Assembly: GCA_026982145.1 (NCBI GenBank)
Contig: JALSHQ010000393.1
Span: forward strand, 1-39,433
Length of the DNA: 39,433 bases
Origin: Gammaproteobacteria bacterium
GTDB taxonomy: Bacteria > Pseudomonadota > Gammaproteobacteria > SZUA-140
Direction of reading: 5' to 3'
Numbering within the stretch: the stretch's first letter is position 1; each line of letters starts with the position of its first letter. A program made the translations under genes and the position numbers. Of the stretch, positions 9,020 to 17,289 are shown one piece after another. The notes below the pieces were generated by a model, which searched no databases, was not told where the DNA came from, and worked only from the letters and a program-made list of their open reading frames with translations.

Positions 9020-9661
9020 ATGAAACGCGTGACGATCATTTTCTTGAGTCTATTTTTTATCTCTGCCATCGCGCAGGCGACGCCGCCAATACAGCTCTAT
9101 CAAAAAGGTGTTAGCTACCAAGAGATTGCAGGTGCAGAATCTACTTATCAGGGGGATAAGGTCGATGTACTTGAGATGTTGTGGTATGGCTGTCAAAGCT
9201 GCTACATGATTCAGGGTGACCTTGAGCAGTGGGTAGAGGGTTCTGCAAAGGTGATCACCTATCGCCGCATGCCAGCGGTGACAGATGACAATATGATACT
9301 GCTTGCTAGAACTTTTTATGCGGCCGAAGTATTAGGTGTGATGGATAAGGTCCACAAACCTCTGTTTACAGCCATACATGATGCCAAACGGCAGATGACG
9401 ACGGAAGAGGATGTGGGTGAGTTCTTTGAGGAGCAAGGGGTGAGCAGCAAAGATTTCTTCTCTGCACTGAATAGTAATTACGTGAACGGCAAGCTGCGTC
9501 GTGCACGTATGATGAGCAGTCGTTATGGCATCAAGGGTGCTCCATCAGTGATTGTAGACGGCAAGTATCTGGTGGACCCCTCAATGGTGACAAGCCCTCG
9601 CCAGTTTGTGGCGGTCATCAATTTCTTGGTGAATAAGGTACGAACAACGGTGCGTCCTTAA
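9020..9661 (+). CDS. dsbA: Periplasmic DsbA-like thiol:disulfide oxidoreductase with a CQSC active site
   Basis: The ATG at 9020 (Met4 of track ORF 9011) gives the signal peptide MKRVTIIFLSLFFISAIAQA. The thioredoxin-fold motif is LEMLWYGCQSCY. The C-terminal GIKGAPSVIVDGKYLV resembles the DsbA cis-Pro loop region. Overall the sequence is collinear with E. coli DsbA as I remember it. Confidence 0.8.
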   Translation: MKRVTIIFLSLFFISAIAQATPPIQLYQKGVSYQEIAGAESTYQGDKVDVLEMLWYGCQSCYMIQGDLEQWVEGSAKVITYRRMPAVTDDNMILLARTFYAAEVLGVMDKVHKPLFTAIHDAKRQMTTEEDVGEFFEEQGVSSKDFFSALNSNYVNGKLRRARMMSSRYGIKGAPSVIVDGKYLVDPSMVTSPRQFVAVINFLVNKVRTTVRP

Positions 9662-9686
9662 CGGCGAAGCGAAAAGGAGGGTTCCT

Positions 9687-12452
9687 TTAATCAGAATCAG
9701 CCTTCAGGTGTGGTGTTTTTTGGTCAGCCGTTGCCCATAGTTCTGGTTTAGCCAAAGCATAGCCTTGCGCATAATCGACCCCCATGGTCACCAGTGCTTG
9801 TTCAATTTCCGAACTTTCAACAAACTCTGCAATGGTTTCGATGCCCATCACCCGGCTGATTTGAACGATGGATGAGACCATGACCCGGTCTACCTCATCG
9901 CCCAGCATATCTTTGACGAATGCACCTTCAATTTTCACGTAATCTACAGGCAGGTTTTTCAAGTAGCAAAATGAGCTTAGGCCGCTGCCGAAGTCATCAA
10001 GTGCAAATTTACACCCCAATGCCTTTAATTGATGCATGAAGGCCACAGCCGATGACAAATCCAGGATTGCAGCGGTTTCCGTAATTTCAAAACAGATCTG
10101 CTTTGGGTTTACGCCGCTGTTGGTAATCTCCTCAGTTACAAAATCAAGGAACCCCTCTTCACTGACCGATTTCCCAGAAAGGTTGATGTTATAGATGAAA
10201 TCATTCTCTTTCTCCAAGGCGATGCGCGCAAGCGCAGTGCAAAGTACCCAGCGGTCAATGGAGGGCATTAAACTGTACCTTTCAGCGGCCGGAATAAAAG
10301 CCATTGGTGAAACTAATTGACCATTTGCATCATGCATGCGAATTAAGATTTCATAATGTTTGGGTGCGTCGGGGGTTTGAATGGGTAAAATCAGCTGACG
10401 ATATAATCGAAAACGATGATGTTCAAATGCATCATGAATTTTGTGTGCCCAGTGCATTTCGCCTTGTCTAATGGTGAGTTCTTCATCGGTGACCGAGTAG
10501 ACGCATATTCGATTACGCCCTTTCTCTTTGGCCATATAGCAAGCAGAGTCTGCCGCGCTTAATAGATCTGATGCGGAGCCCATCTCCTTATCGATAGAGA
10601 CAAGGCCCATACTGGCACCCACATTGAAGGTTCTACCCTCCCATACAAATCGGCTATCTTTAAGTGAGTTATGTAACGATGATGTGATTTCCATTGCCTT
10701 TTCAATGTCGCAATCAAACAGTATTAATCCAAATTCATCTCCGCCAAGCCGTGCCAATACATCCGAGGTTCTTATTTTTGCTCTTAATAAAGAGGTCACT
10801 TGTTTTAAAAGTTTGTCGCCAACAACATGACCGCAGGTATCGTTGACCACTTTGAATTGATCCAGATCGATATAGCAGAGAACATCGCCAACCGATTGTC
10901 GATGACTTATGTGAAGAGAGCTTTCAAGTTGTTCTTCAAATTCGCGACGGTTCAAAAGCCCTGTTAATGCATCATGGCGTGCTTGGTGAGAGAGCAGCTT
11001 TGCCATGCGGCGCTCTTGAGTCACGTTGCGGAAGACGATCACCGCACCGATCACATCGCCATCCCGGTTGCGTATGCCTGATGCTGTTAAGTGGATTGAG
11101 AAAGATTCACCATTGCGGTTGTTGAGGGTTAGATCCAAATTTTTAAATTCATCAGTCGGGGTTGCTTGTATTTTGTTCAGCTGGTCTTCTAGCCTTGCCC
11201 CTGTAGTGGCATCAAATACGCTAAATACGTCGGTGATTTTTTTACTCAATGCAGCGGTGTTGCTATAGCCTGTGAAATGCTCAGCAACTTCGTTCATGTA
11301 CTCTATTTTTCCTTGCACATCGGTGGTGATGACGCCATCAGCAATAGAGTGCAGTGTCACTTCTGCAAGGTCTTTTTCTTTGAACAGCGCATCTTGAGCA
11401 TGTTCATTCTCGATGTCATGTAGTAAGTCCCCTTTAAGTACGCGGCGAGAGAGGAGCGACATTATGATTGCAAAAAGAAGTATGATGCCGGGCGTGACTA
11501 GATCTAGGTCTTTGAGGCGTATATTTTTGCTGGCTTGAAATACGAAGGGATGAGGGTTTGTACCACTATTCATATCGACTAAACGTGTCGCAGAGGGCAG
11601 CAGTTGGCTGAGTAGCGTGGTCTCTTTAAGTTTGTCTTTCTGATAAAGCAGGCCGGCCTTGTTTTGCTTGTTGAAACCTTGGTGGCGAAACAGTATTGAA
11701 GTGTCATCATCATTGATGGTGTTAAGCACATCGGGCAATAACTTGTCCATTGAGACGACAATGGCAAAAATACCATCTATTTGGCTTTTGCGGTCGAAGG
11801 TGTTGTTTGGGGTGATTTTCCCCTTATAGGCGGCTTTAAGCACATAAAAGACGCGCTCACCACTGGGGGTGGTTTGTGGCGTTGAGGTGATGGTGCCCCC
11901 TGTTGCAATTGCTTGCTGAATGACAGGAAATAGCACGGGGTCAGATAACGCATCAATCCCTAATGCCGAGATGGTATGGGGCTCTAAAGGTTCAACGAAT
12001 GTGATTGGAAAATAGACCTCTCTGTTTTTAGGGGCTGAGAGACCTGTTCGCATGTCACGAATCACAAAGGTTGCATAACCATCTTCTTGCTTGTTGCGTT
12101 CAAAATTTAACTTGTCACGGTTATCAATACGCGTCATATATTCTAGGGCATAGATGTGCGGGTAGTTTTCCAGCATATCCTCTGCAAAGATCGTGAGTTC
12201 ACTCGCATTGACCTGTGCTTGAGAGTGGTGCCAACCTGTTAATGCGGAAACTACGGCATGGTTTGCGTTCAACCTATTCTGTATTTGAGCATTTACAGCA
12301 CTCACTTGCTCATTAAAGGCGCGTTGCAAATTAGAAATATTGATTTGGAAAACGATGGTAATTAACAGGCCTGCGACGAGCGCGCACAACACTAACGCCA
12401 TGGTTAAACGGTAGCGGTAGGTTGAGAGGTGTTTCTTTTCACTCAGAGGCAT
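9687..12452 (-). CDS. CHASE-TM-PAS-GGDEF-EAL c-di-GMP signalling protein
   Basis: N-terminal TM helix, then a periplasmic region with CHASE-like strings (REVYFPITFVEPLEPHTISALGIDALSDP) and a second TM helix. A PAS region follows (ITTDVQGKIEYMNEVAEHFTGY). The GGDEF motif is intact with an RxxD I-site (RTSDVLARLGGDEF). The EAL domain is present (EILIR, CFEITET, DDFGSGLSSFCYLK, QGYALAKP). Confidence 0.92.
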   Translation of the reverse strand: MPLSEKKHLSTYRYRLTMALVLCALVAGLLITIVFQINISNLQRAFNEQVSAVNAQIQNRLNANHAVVSALTGWHHSQAQVNASELTIFAEDMLENYPHIYALEYMTRIDNRDKLNFERNKQEDGYATFVIRDMRTGLSAPKNREVYFPITFVEPLEPHTISALGIDALSDPVLFPVIQQAIATGGTITSTPQTTPSGERVFYVLKAAYKGKITPNNTFDRKSQIDGIFAIVVSMDKLLPDVLNTINDDDTSILFRHQGFNKQNKAGLLYQKDKLKETTLLSQLLPSATRLVDMNSGTNPHPFVFQASKNIRLKDLDLVTPGIILLFAIIMSLLSRRVLKGDLLHDIENEHAQDALFKEKDLAEVTLHSIADGVITTDVQGKIEYMNEVAEHFTGYSNTAALSKKITDVFSVFDATTGARLEDQLNKIQATPTDEFKNLDLTLNNRNGESFSIHLTASGIRNRDGDVIGAVIVFRNVTQERRMAKLLSHQARHDALTGLLNRREFEEQLESSLHISHRQSVGDVLCYIDLDQFKVVNDTCGHVVGDKLLKQVTSLLRAKIRTSDVLARLGGDEFGLILFDCDIEKAMEITSSLHNSLKDSRFVWEGRTFNVGASMGLVSIDKEMGSASDLLSAADSACYMAKEKGRNRICVYSVTDEELTIRQGEMHWAHKIHDAFEHHRFRLYRQLILPIQTPDAPKHYEILIRMHDANGQLVSPMAFIPAAERYSLMPSIDRWVLCTALARIALEKENDFIYNINLSGKSVSEEGFLDFVTEEITNSGVNPKQICFEITETAAILDLSSAVAFMHQLKALGCKFALDDFGSGLSSFCYLKNLPVDYVKIEGAFVKDMLGDEVDRVMVSSIVQISRVMGIETIAEFVESSEIEQALVTMGVDYAQGYALAKPELWATADQKTPHLKADSD

Positions 12453-13404
12453 ATACTTTTTTGCTTTTTATGAGGAATGATTCAGGCAGTGTGACACCGC
12501 TGCTTTGCAATAATGAAACATTAATGAGCATGTCCCATTGCCGGTTGGGAATGATGGGGATGGTGCGTGGTTCAGTGCCTGTTAATATTTCTAGCGCAAC
12601 CTTTGCGGCCCATATGCCTTGTTCCTGAGGGACTTTTGTCATGCCGATAATTGCGTATTCCACCATCCACTCATAATCGGTTAGGCTTAGCACACGGCCA
12701 CTCTCTTTAACCGTGCGGTAAGCGAGTTGATCATTCCAGTCATTGATGCCCGACTTTGTACCCAATATGATGAAGTCAGCACCTTGGCCTTCTTGAAAGG
12801 CTGCTTGCCACTCTTGTAGTGTTTTACTGAGCCTGTTTACAAGACGAATATTATATTTCTCAGCTGCGCGCTGGTAGCGATAAAAACTTTTCTCTTCGGT
12901 TAAGGTATCGGCGGCTATGTAATATGCGACAGAGGCGAGTGGCTTTACTGATTTGATCAGTTCATACATCTGCCGAATGGGTGCAACTTCGATCATGCCG
13001 GTAGCATTATCGTATGGATAGCCATATTCAGCGACAGTCCAATTAATGCCGCAAAAGACAAAAGGGAGTTCACTATTTTTGAAGTAGGGCTTTACTAGAT
13101 ACTTGGATGCGTTGTCATCGGCAACAATGACGACATCTGGTTGCCATTGCTCAATGAACGCTTTTATCTCCAAGGCTTTTTGCTTTATAAATATTTCGCT
13201 TTTATTGCGCTTGGTATCCATATTGAGCTGTTTGAACTCGCACTGGCCAGCAAGGGTTTGCCGCACACCCTCTTCGATGCCGTCGGCCCAGTGGTAGCCT
13301 TGATGGTAAGACGAGACAAAAAGACATTTTGCGGCACTCGCACTTTGAGGAGCCGCGCATAATAATAGTAGTGTGAGAAATACCCTATATTTCTTACTGT
13401 TCAT
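12439..13404 (-). CDS. Periplasmic substrate-binding-like protein (ABC_sub_bind / PBP type), probable sensory partner of the downstream GGDEF-EAL protein
   Basis: Signal peptide MNSKKYRVFLTLLLLCAAPQSASA. The mature N-terminus KCLFVSSYHQGYHWADGIEEG resembles binding-protein-like proteins found next to sensor proteins. Its 3' end overlaps the GGDEF-EAL start by 14 nt. Confidence 0.6.
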   Translation of the reverse strand: MNSKKYRVFLTLLLLCAAPQSASAAKCLFVSSYHQGYHWADGIEEGVRQTLAGQCEFKQLNMDTKRNKSEIFIKQKALEIKAFIEQWQPDVVIVADDNASKYLVKPYFKNSELPFVFCGINWTVAEYGYPYDNATGMIEVAPIRQMYELIKSVKPLASVAYYIAADTLTEEKSFYRYQRAAEKYNIRLVNRLSKTLQEWQAAFQEGQGADFIILGTKSGINDWNDQLAYRTVKESGRVLSLTDYEWMVEYAIIGMTKVPQEQGIWAAKVALEILTGTEPRTIPIIPNRQWDMLINVSLLQSSGVTLPESFLIKSKKVYASE

Positions 13405-13587
13405 ATCGTCTTACCTTGGGCGCTGTACTCAGCGGCATGAAGGAGGTAATTATACGGATCTTTAAAGATATGGCAATATTACATGTTTAGGCGGCGACTG
13501 CGAAGCAGAAAAACAGCGAAGCGATGATGGCCAGTAACGGCTAGGGGTGCTTGAACTCTCATTCTGGTGGTGAGCAGAGAGTCAGCG

Positions 13588-13794
13588 CTACTTAAAGTTT
13601 TGGTCGCTGTTTGGGTCAAGCAGAAGGCTCTTGACCGTATCGCTGGCTTGGTCATGGGTGAACTCGACGTTGAGTAGCAGTGCTAATGCAGCCATTTCAT
13701 CTTTGTCTTTGAGGGCTTTTGAGAAAGCGTTGAGAGAGCCCGCTTGGGTTAGGCGGTCTGTTAGTGACATCCCCACATATTTCTTTGTGTTCAT
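13588..13794 (-). CDS. Hypothetical small protein (68 aa)
   Basis: ATG-initiated ORF filling the gap between batD and the binding-protein gene on the same strand. Its composition is protein-like and not low-complexity. I recognise no motif. The upstream GGTGAG is a possible weak SD. Confidence 0.35.
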   Translation of the reverse strand: MNTKKYVGMSLTDRLTQAGSLNAFSKALKDKDEMAALALLLNVEFTHDQASDTVKSLLLDPNSDQNFK

Positions 13795-13861
13795 TGGCTC
13801 ACCCAGCCTTTAGTTTCATTGCGCTCAATATGTTGAGGCGTTAGTCGTTATGATCGACAAA

Positions 13862-15490
13862 CTATAACAGCTTATGCGGCGCTGTAAATGCTTCGGCTCG
13901 CCACGGCTCTTTTTCTATTTTAGAGCTATTTTGTGCGGTGATCTTGCGAGTCAATTTTTCGATTCCCGCTTGCAAGTGATTAATCTCTTGCCTCTCTTCA
14001 CGCGCCCCATAACAGTGGCGTTGTATTTTGTGAATAATCGCGCGCATTTCTTCATCAACGCCGTGGTGTAGCTCCCACTGGGTGAGTCCCTGCTCAAGGG
14101 TTTGAGCTTTAAAGGCGACCAGTAATTTCTGCTGCAGTGGGTGCGTTGGGGCAGTTGGCAATGCATGTTGCTTTTTAGCTTCGATAGTTGCAGTGGGTCT
14201 ATTCATTGTTTGATAGCGCCATACCAGCAGCGTAATGAGCCAGAGTAGCGATGTGATAAGCGTGGCCACTTGCCATGGCAGTACCCCTTGTTCGGAACCC
14301 GCAGCAGGGGTTAGATCAGCGGTTGGGGGTAGCGAATTCTCGATGGGCGGGATCGGCGCTGCGGCGACTTCAAGTGTTTGTCCTTGCAGGCGCGCCTCGT
14401 CCATGATGCCGCGCTCTGGGTCGAAGTAGGGGACGCGCCAGTTGGGCAGTTGAAAGCTTCCCGCAGACAACGGCATGAGTTGATATTGATAGGTGACTTT
14501 TGTGCTGCCATCATTGGAACCTTCAACCGATTGGCGCAGTCCCCTGTCTGCATAAGTTTTAAGTTGTGGCGAAAAGGGGAGGTCAGGCGCAGTAGGAGAA
14601 AGGTTGATGATGTTGCTGGGGGCTTGCAGCGTAAGCTCAAGCTGAATGTTCTGGTACTGTTTTACACTTTTAGCAAGCGGTGACTGTGTAAGTTGGGGGC
14701 GTCCAACCAAGGTTAAAGGGGGAACACTCTCAGGCAATGGCCGTGTTTCGATCTGGATATCTTTAAACGGAAATCGTAGCTGCTTGCCGGCCTGGGTCTC
14801 AACCCACACATCAGGTAGAAAAAGTTTGATCGGCTGGTTAATGGCTGGTGCAACGCCCCAGGCGGAGCGGGTGACATTGTAGCGAATGCCGTTGTGTATC
14901 TCGGTGCGATCTGTTTGTGGCAGTTGGCTAAGTTGGATCTGTAGTTTTGGCTCACTGTCGATTGCACCGCCGAGCTTAGCACTGGCAAGTTCAGTGCGGT
15001 GATAAAGGTCGATATAAGCAATCGTCTGTTCGCGAAGCCATAGTTTTGATTTATAAACTCCGCTGCGTGTAAACACTTCAGGTGTATCATCAGGTGCAGC
15101 GCTATGTGCCACAATGGCGATAGGTTGTGATGCTTCACCATCGACACTAAATGCGGGAATGATGAACTCACCCTCATTTTTAGGAAAGAGTGTCACGCTG
15201 ATCTCAGAGCTTGCCCGGCCACGATTCCGGAAAGGGCTATAACGATTGCTTGCTTGAGGAATGCCCAGCTCGAAGTGGTCAGTGAGTATCGTCAGGTCAA
15301 TGTTGGGGTTTACACCGGTCGCACGCAGGCGAGTGTCGCTATTAATGAGCGCCAGCGTCAATATTAAGTGCTCGCCCACAAGCAGTTCTTTTTTATCAAC
15401 ACGCGCCTCCAATGTGGCAGCGAGCAGCGTGCTGCCATACAGCGAAAGCATGAGCATAACTAAACAGCGTAATAGATAACGTGTTACCAC
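13862..15490 (-). CDS. batD: BatD-family protein
   Basis: Signal peptide followed by a long beta-rich ectodomain, a C-terminal TM helix (WQVATLITSLLWLITLLVW) and a cytoplasmic tail. It sits at the end of the MoxR/DUF58/VWA operon and overlaps the upstream gene by 7 nt. The GTG start is uncertain. Confidence 0.7.
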   Translation of the reverse strand: MVTRYLLRCLVMLMLSLYGSTLLAATLEARVDKKELLVGEHLILTLALINSDTRLRATGVNPNIDLTILTDHFELGIPQASNRYSPFRNRGRASSEISVTLFPKNEGEFIIPAFSVDGEASQPIAIVAHSAAPDDTPEVFTRSGVYKSKLWLREQTIAYIDLYHRTELASAKLGGAIDSEPKLQIQLSQLPQTDRTEIHNGIRYNVTRSAWGVAPAINQPIKLFLPDVWVETQAGKQLRFPFKDIQIETRPLPESVPPLTLVGRPQLTQSPLAKSVKQYQNIQLELTLQAPSNIINLSPTAPDLPFSPQLKTYADRGLRQSVEGSNDGSTKVTYQYQLMPLSAGSFQLPNWRVPYFDPERGIMDEARLQGQTLEVAAAPIPPIENSLPPTADLTPAAGSEQGVLPWQVATLITSLLWLITLLVWRYQTMNRPTATIEAKKQHALPTAPTHPLQQKLLVAFKAQTLEQGLTQWELHHGVDEEMRAIIHKIQRHCYGAREERQEINHLQAGIEKLTRKITAQNSSKIEKEPWRAEAFTAPHKLL

Positions 15491-17289
15491 GGTTTTTCCT
15501 CTGCTTTAAGTGATATCTCACCTTCTTGTGACATAAACCGCTGTAGCATGAATTGATGCCCGAGTTTTTTGTTGATGGCCTCAGCTTGTTGCCGCGCGTT
15601 ATTCCAGTTAATGGCTGGGTGGGCTCCACTTTTTTGCGCTGATGGCTGATGTTGCCTATCGATACTTTCATCCGGCTGTTGCTGGCTGGCGGGGTTATTC
15701 GTTGGCATTCCATTCTTTTCTGAATTTCCCGGTAGCGGGCGCTGTTGTCCTGCCTGTTTTAACTGTGCTGAGATTTGAGTGGCCGCGTTATCGTGTGATG
15801 CATTTTGGAGTGATTGTAGCGGCGGTTGTATTTCACGTTTTTGAACGCCGCCCTGTTGTGTGCGGGCCTTATTGATTAGGTTGAGATTGAGTGCCGCACG
15901 AGAGAAGTTACTCTGAAGCTTTAAGGCCGCCTCAAATGCTGCGGCAGCTGCATCAAGTTGCCGCAGCCGACTGAGCGCATTGCCACGGTTGTAGTGCGCT
16001 TGTGCTCGTTGCTGGTCATCATCGGCATACTGTAGTGCTCGTTCAAATGCCTCTGCCGCAACTTGCCACTCCTGCTGTCGATAAGCAGCCACGCCGTAGC
16101 CGAGTTGACCGCGGTAACTTTTAATCTCACTGTAGTGGTAAGCCGCTTCAGCATGTCGCCCCTCATTGAGCGCACGGTAAGCTTGTGATTCACTCCAGTG
16201 TTCGAAAATAGCGCTGGCTTGTGTCTCGGGTGTGGGCACAAACAACAAGAGCAACATCGGAATCATAAGCAGTGCGCCACTTCCTCGCTGTTGCTTTACC
16301 GTAGCGAATATAAATAGAAAAATTGCAGCACCCATCAGCCACGGGAATAGCTGAAATTGTTGCGGTTGATATGCGGTGCGGTAGTGGTTAAGGGGTTCGA
16401 GCTTGTCCAGTTCGCGAAAGATAAATTTCCAATCACTATCGTCGCTACGGACTGGGGTGTAGACGCCACCACTGGTGGTCGCAAGCCTTTGTAGCGTGGT
16501 GGCATCGAGTCGTGACACAACGGGTTCGCCTTGGTGTTGAAGGCGCCTGCCAAACTCATTAGGCACTGTGCTGCCGCTGTTTGAACCGACACCCAAAATC
16601 AACAACGGGATCTGTTTTTTATGGAGCCGCTGCGCGACCTTCAGGTTGGCTTGCGGGTCAAAGCTCTCGCCATCAGTGAGCAGTACAATGGCACGCCCCT
16701 GCTGTTCGCTGCGCATCAATAATTGCATGGCTAGTTCCAGTGCTTGGGTGAGATTGGAGCCACGTTTGCGTGTCAGCGTGGTGTCGAGTGCGTCGCTGAA
16801 GTGGTGCAGGGTGTCGCGGTCGGCGGTGAGCGGCAGCACTTTATAGGCGTTGGCTGAATAGGCGATGAGCGCGGTGCGATCTGCTTTGAGTTGTGCAGTA
16901 AAGTCGCGCAGTTCAAGTTTAGCGCGTGCCAAACGAGAGGGGGTGATGTCGTCAGCCGCCATGGAGGGTGAGATATCGATGACGACTGCGATATCAATAC
17001 TGCGGGCGGTTGCCGTTTCGCTGCGGTCATTCAAGTACGGCCCGCTTGCCGCAAGTGCGATGAGCCCCCATGCGAGCCAAAGCGGCCACGGCATTGAATG
17101 GCGGTGAGGGTTTTGTGGTTGGGTGAGCAGCCAGCCCCACAAGCGGGGGTCGATAAATTTTGTGAGCCGCTGCAGGTGTTGATGGCTGCGGGGGCGCAGT
17201 TGTCGTACAGCCATCATTGCGAGCGGGACGAGCAGCAACAGCAACCACCACGGCTGGCGTAGCGTCAGTGATGTCAAGTTTTCGATCAC
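15484..17289 (-). CDS. batB: VWA plus TPR membrane protein (BatB/BatC-like fusion) with a Gln-rich C-terminal region
   Basis: N-terminal TM helices and a VWA MIDAS motif (IDIAVVIDISPSMAADD). A further TM helix precedes TPR-like repeats (YRALNEGRHAEAAYHY..., AEAFERALQYADDDQQRAQAHYNRGNAL...). The tail is Q/N/P-rich. The start overlaps the batA stop (ATGA). Confidence 0.82.
   Translation of the reverse strand: MIENLTSLTLRQPWWLLLLLVPLAMMAVRQLRPRSHQHLQRLTKFIDPRLWGWLLTQPQNPHRHSMPWPLWLAWGLIALAASGPYLNDRSETATARSIDIAVVIDISPSMAADDITPSRLARAKLELRDFTAQLKADRTALIAYSANAYKVLPLTADRDTLHHFSDALDTTLTRKRGSNLTQALELAMQLLMRSEQQGRAIVLLTDGESFDPQANLKVAQRLHKKQIPLLILGVGSNSGSTVPNEFGRRLQHQGEPVVSRLDATTLQRLATTSGGVYTPVRSDDSDWKFIFRELDKLEPLNHYRTAYQPQQFQLFPWLMGAAIFLFIFATVKQQRGSGALLMIPMLLLLFVPTPETQASAIFEHWSESQAYRALNEGRHAEAAYHYSEIKSYRGQLGYGVAAYRQQEWQVAAEAFERALQYADDDQQRAQAHYNRGNALSRLRQLDAAAAAFEAALKLQSNFSRAALNLNLINKARTQQGGVQKREIQPPLQSLQNASHDNAATQISAQLKQAGQQRPLPGNSEKNGMPTNNPASQQQPDESIDRQHQPSAQKSGAHPAINWNNARQQAEAINKKLGHQFMLQRFMSQEGEISLKAEEKPW

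Noticed and set aside
8506-9069. A 187-aa minus-strand ORF antisense to the TPR gene. The same class includes 21715..22272, 17027..17464, 14713..15177, 24392..24880, 4487..4876, 6535..6915, 17662..18141 and 37518..37889.
   Set aside because: All lie fully antisense or out of frame within genes that have strong family signatures. Their translations are Arg/His/Cys/Trp/Pro-rich, as is typical of shadow ORFs.
9673-9688. A small hairpin, AAAGGA-GGGT-TCCTTT, between convergent dsbA and the GGDEF-EAL gene.
   Set aside because: The stem is only 6 bp and AT-rich. It overlaps the stop codon of the minus-strand gene and has no U-tract on either strand, so it is not reported as a terminator.
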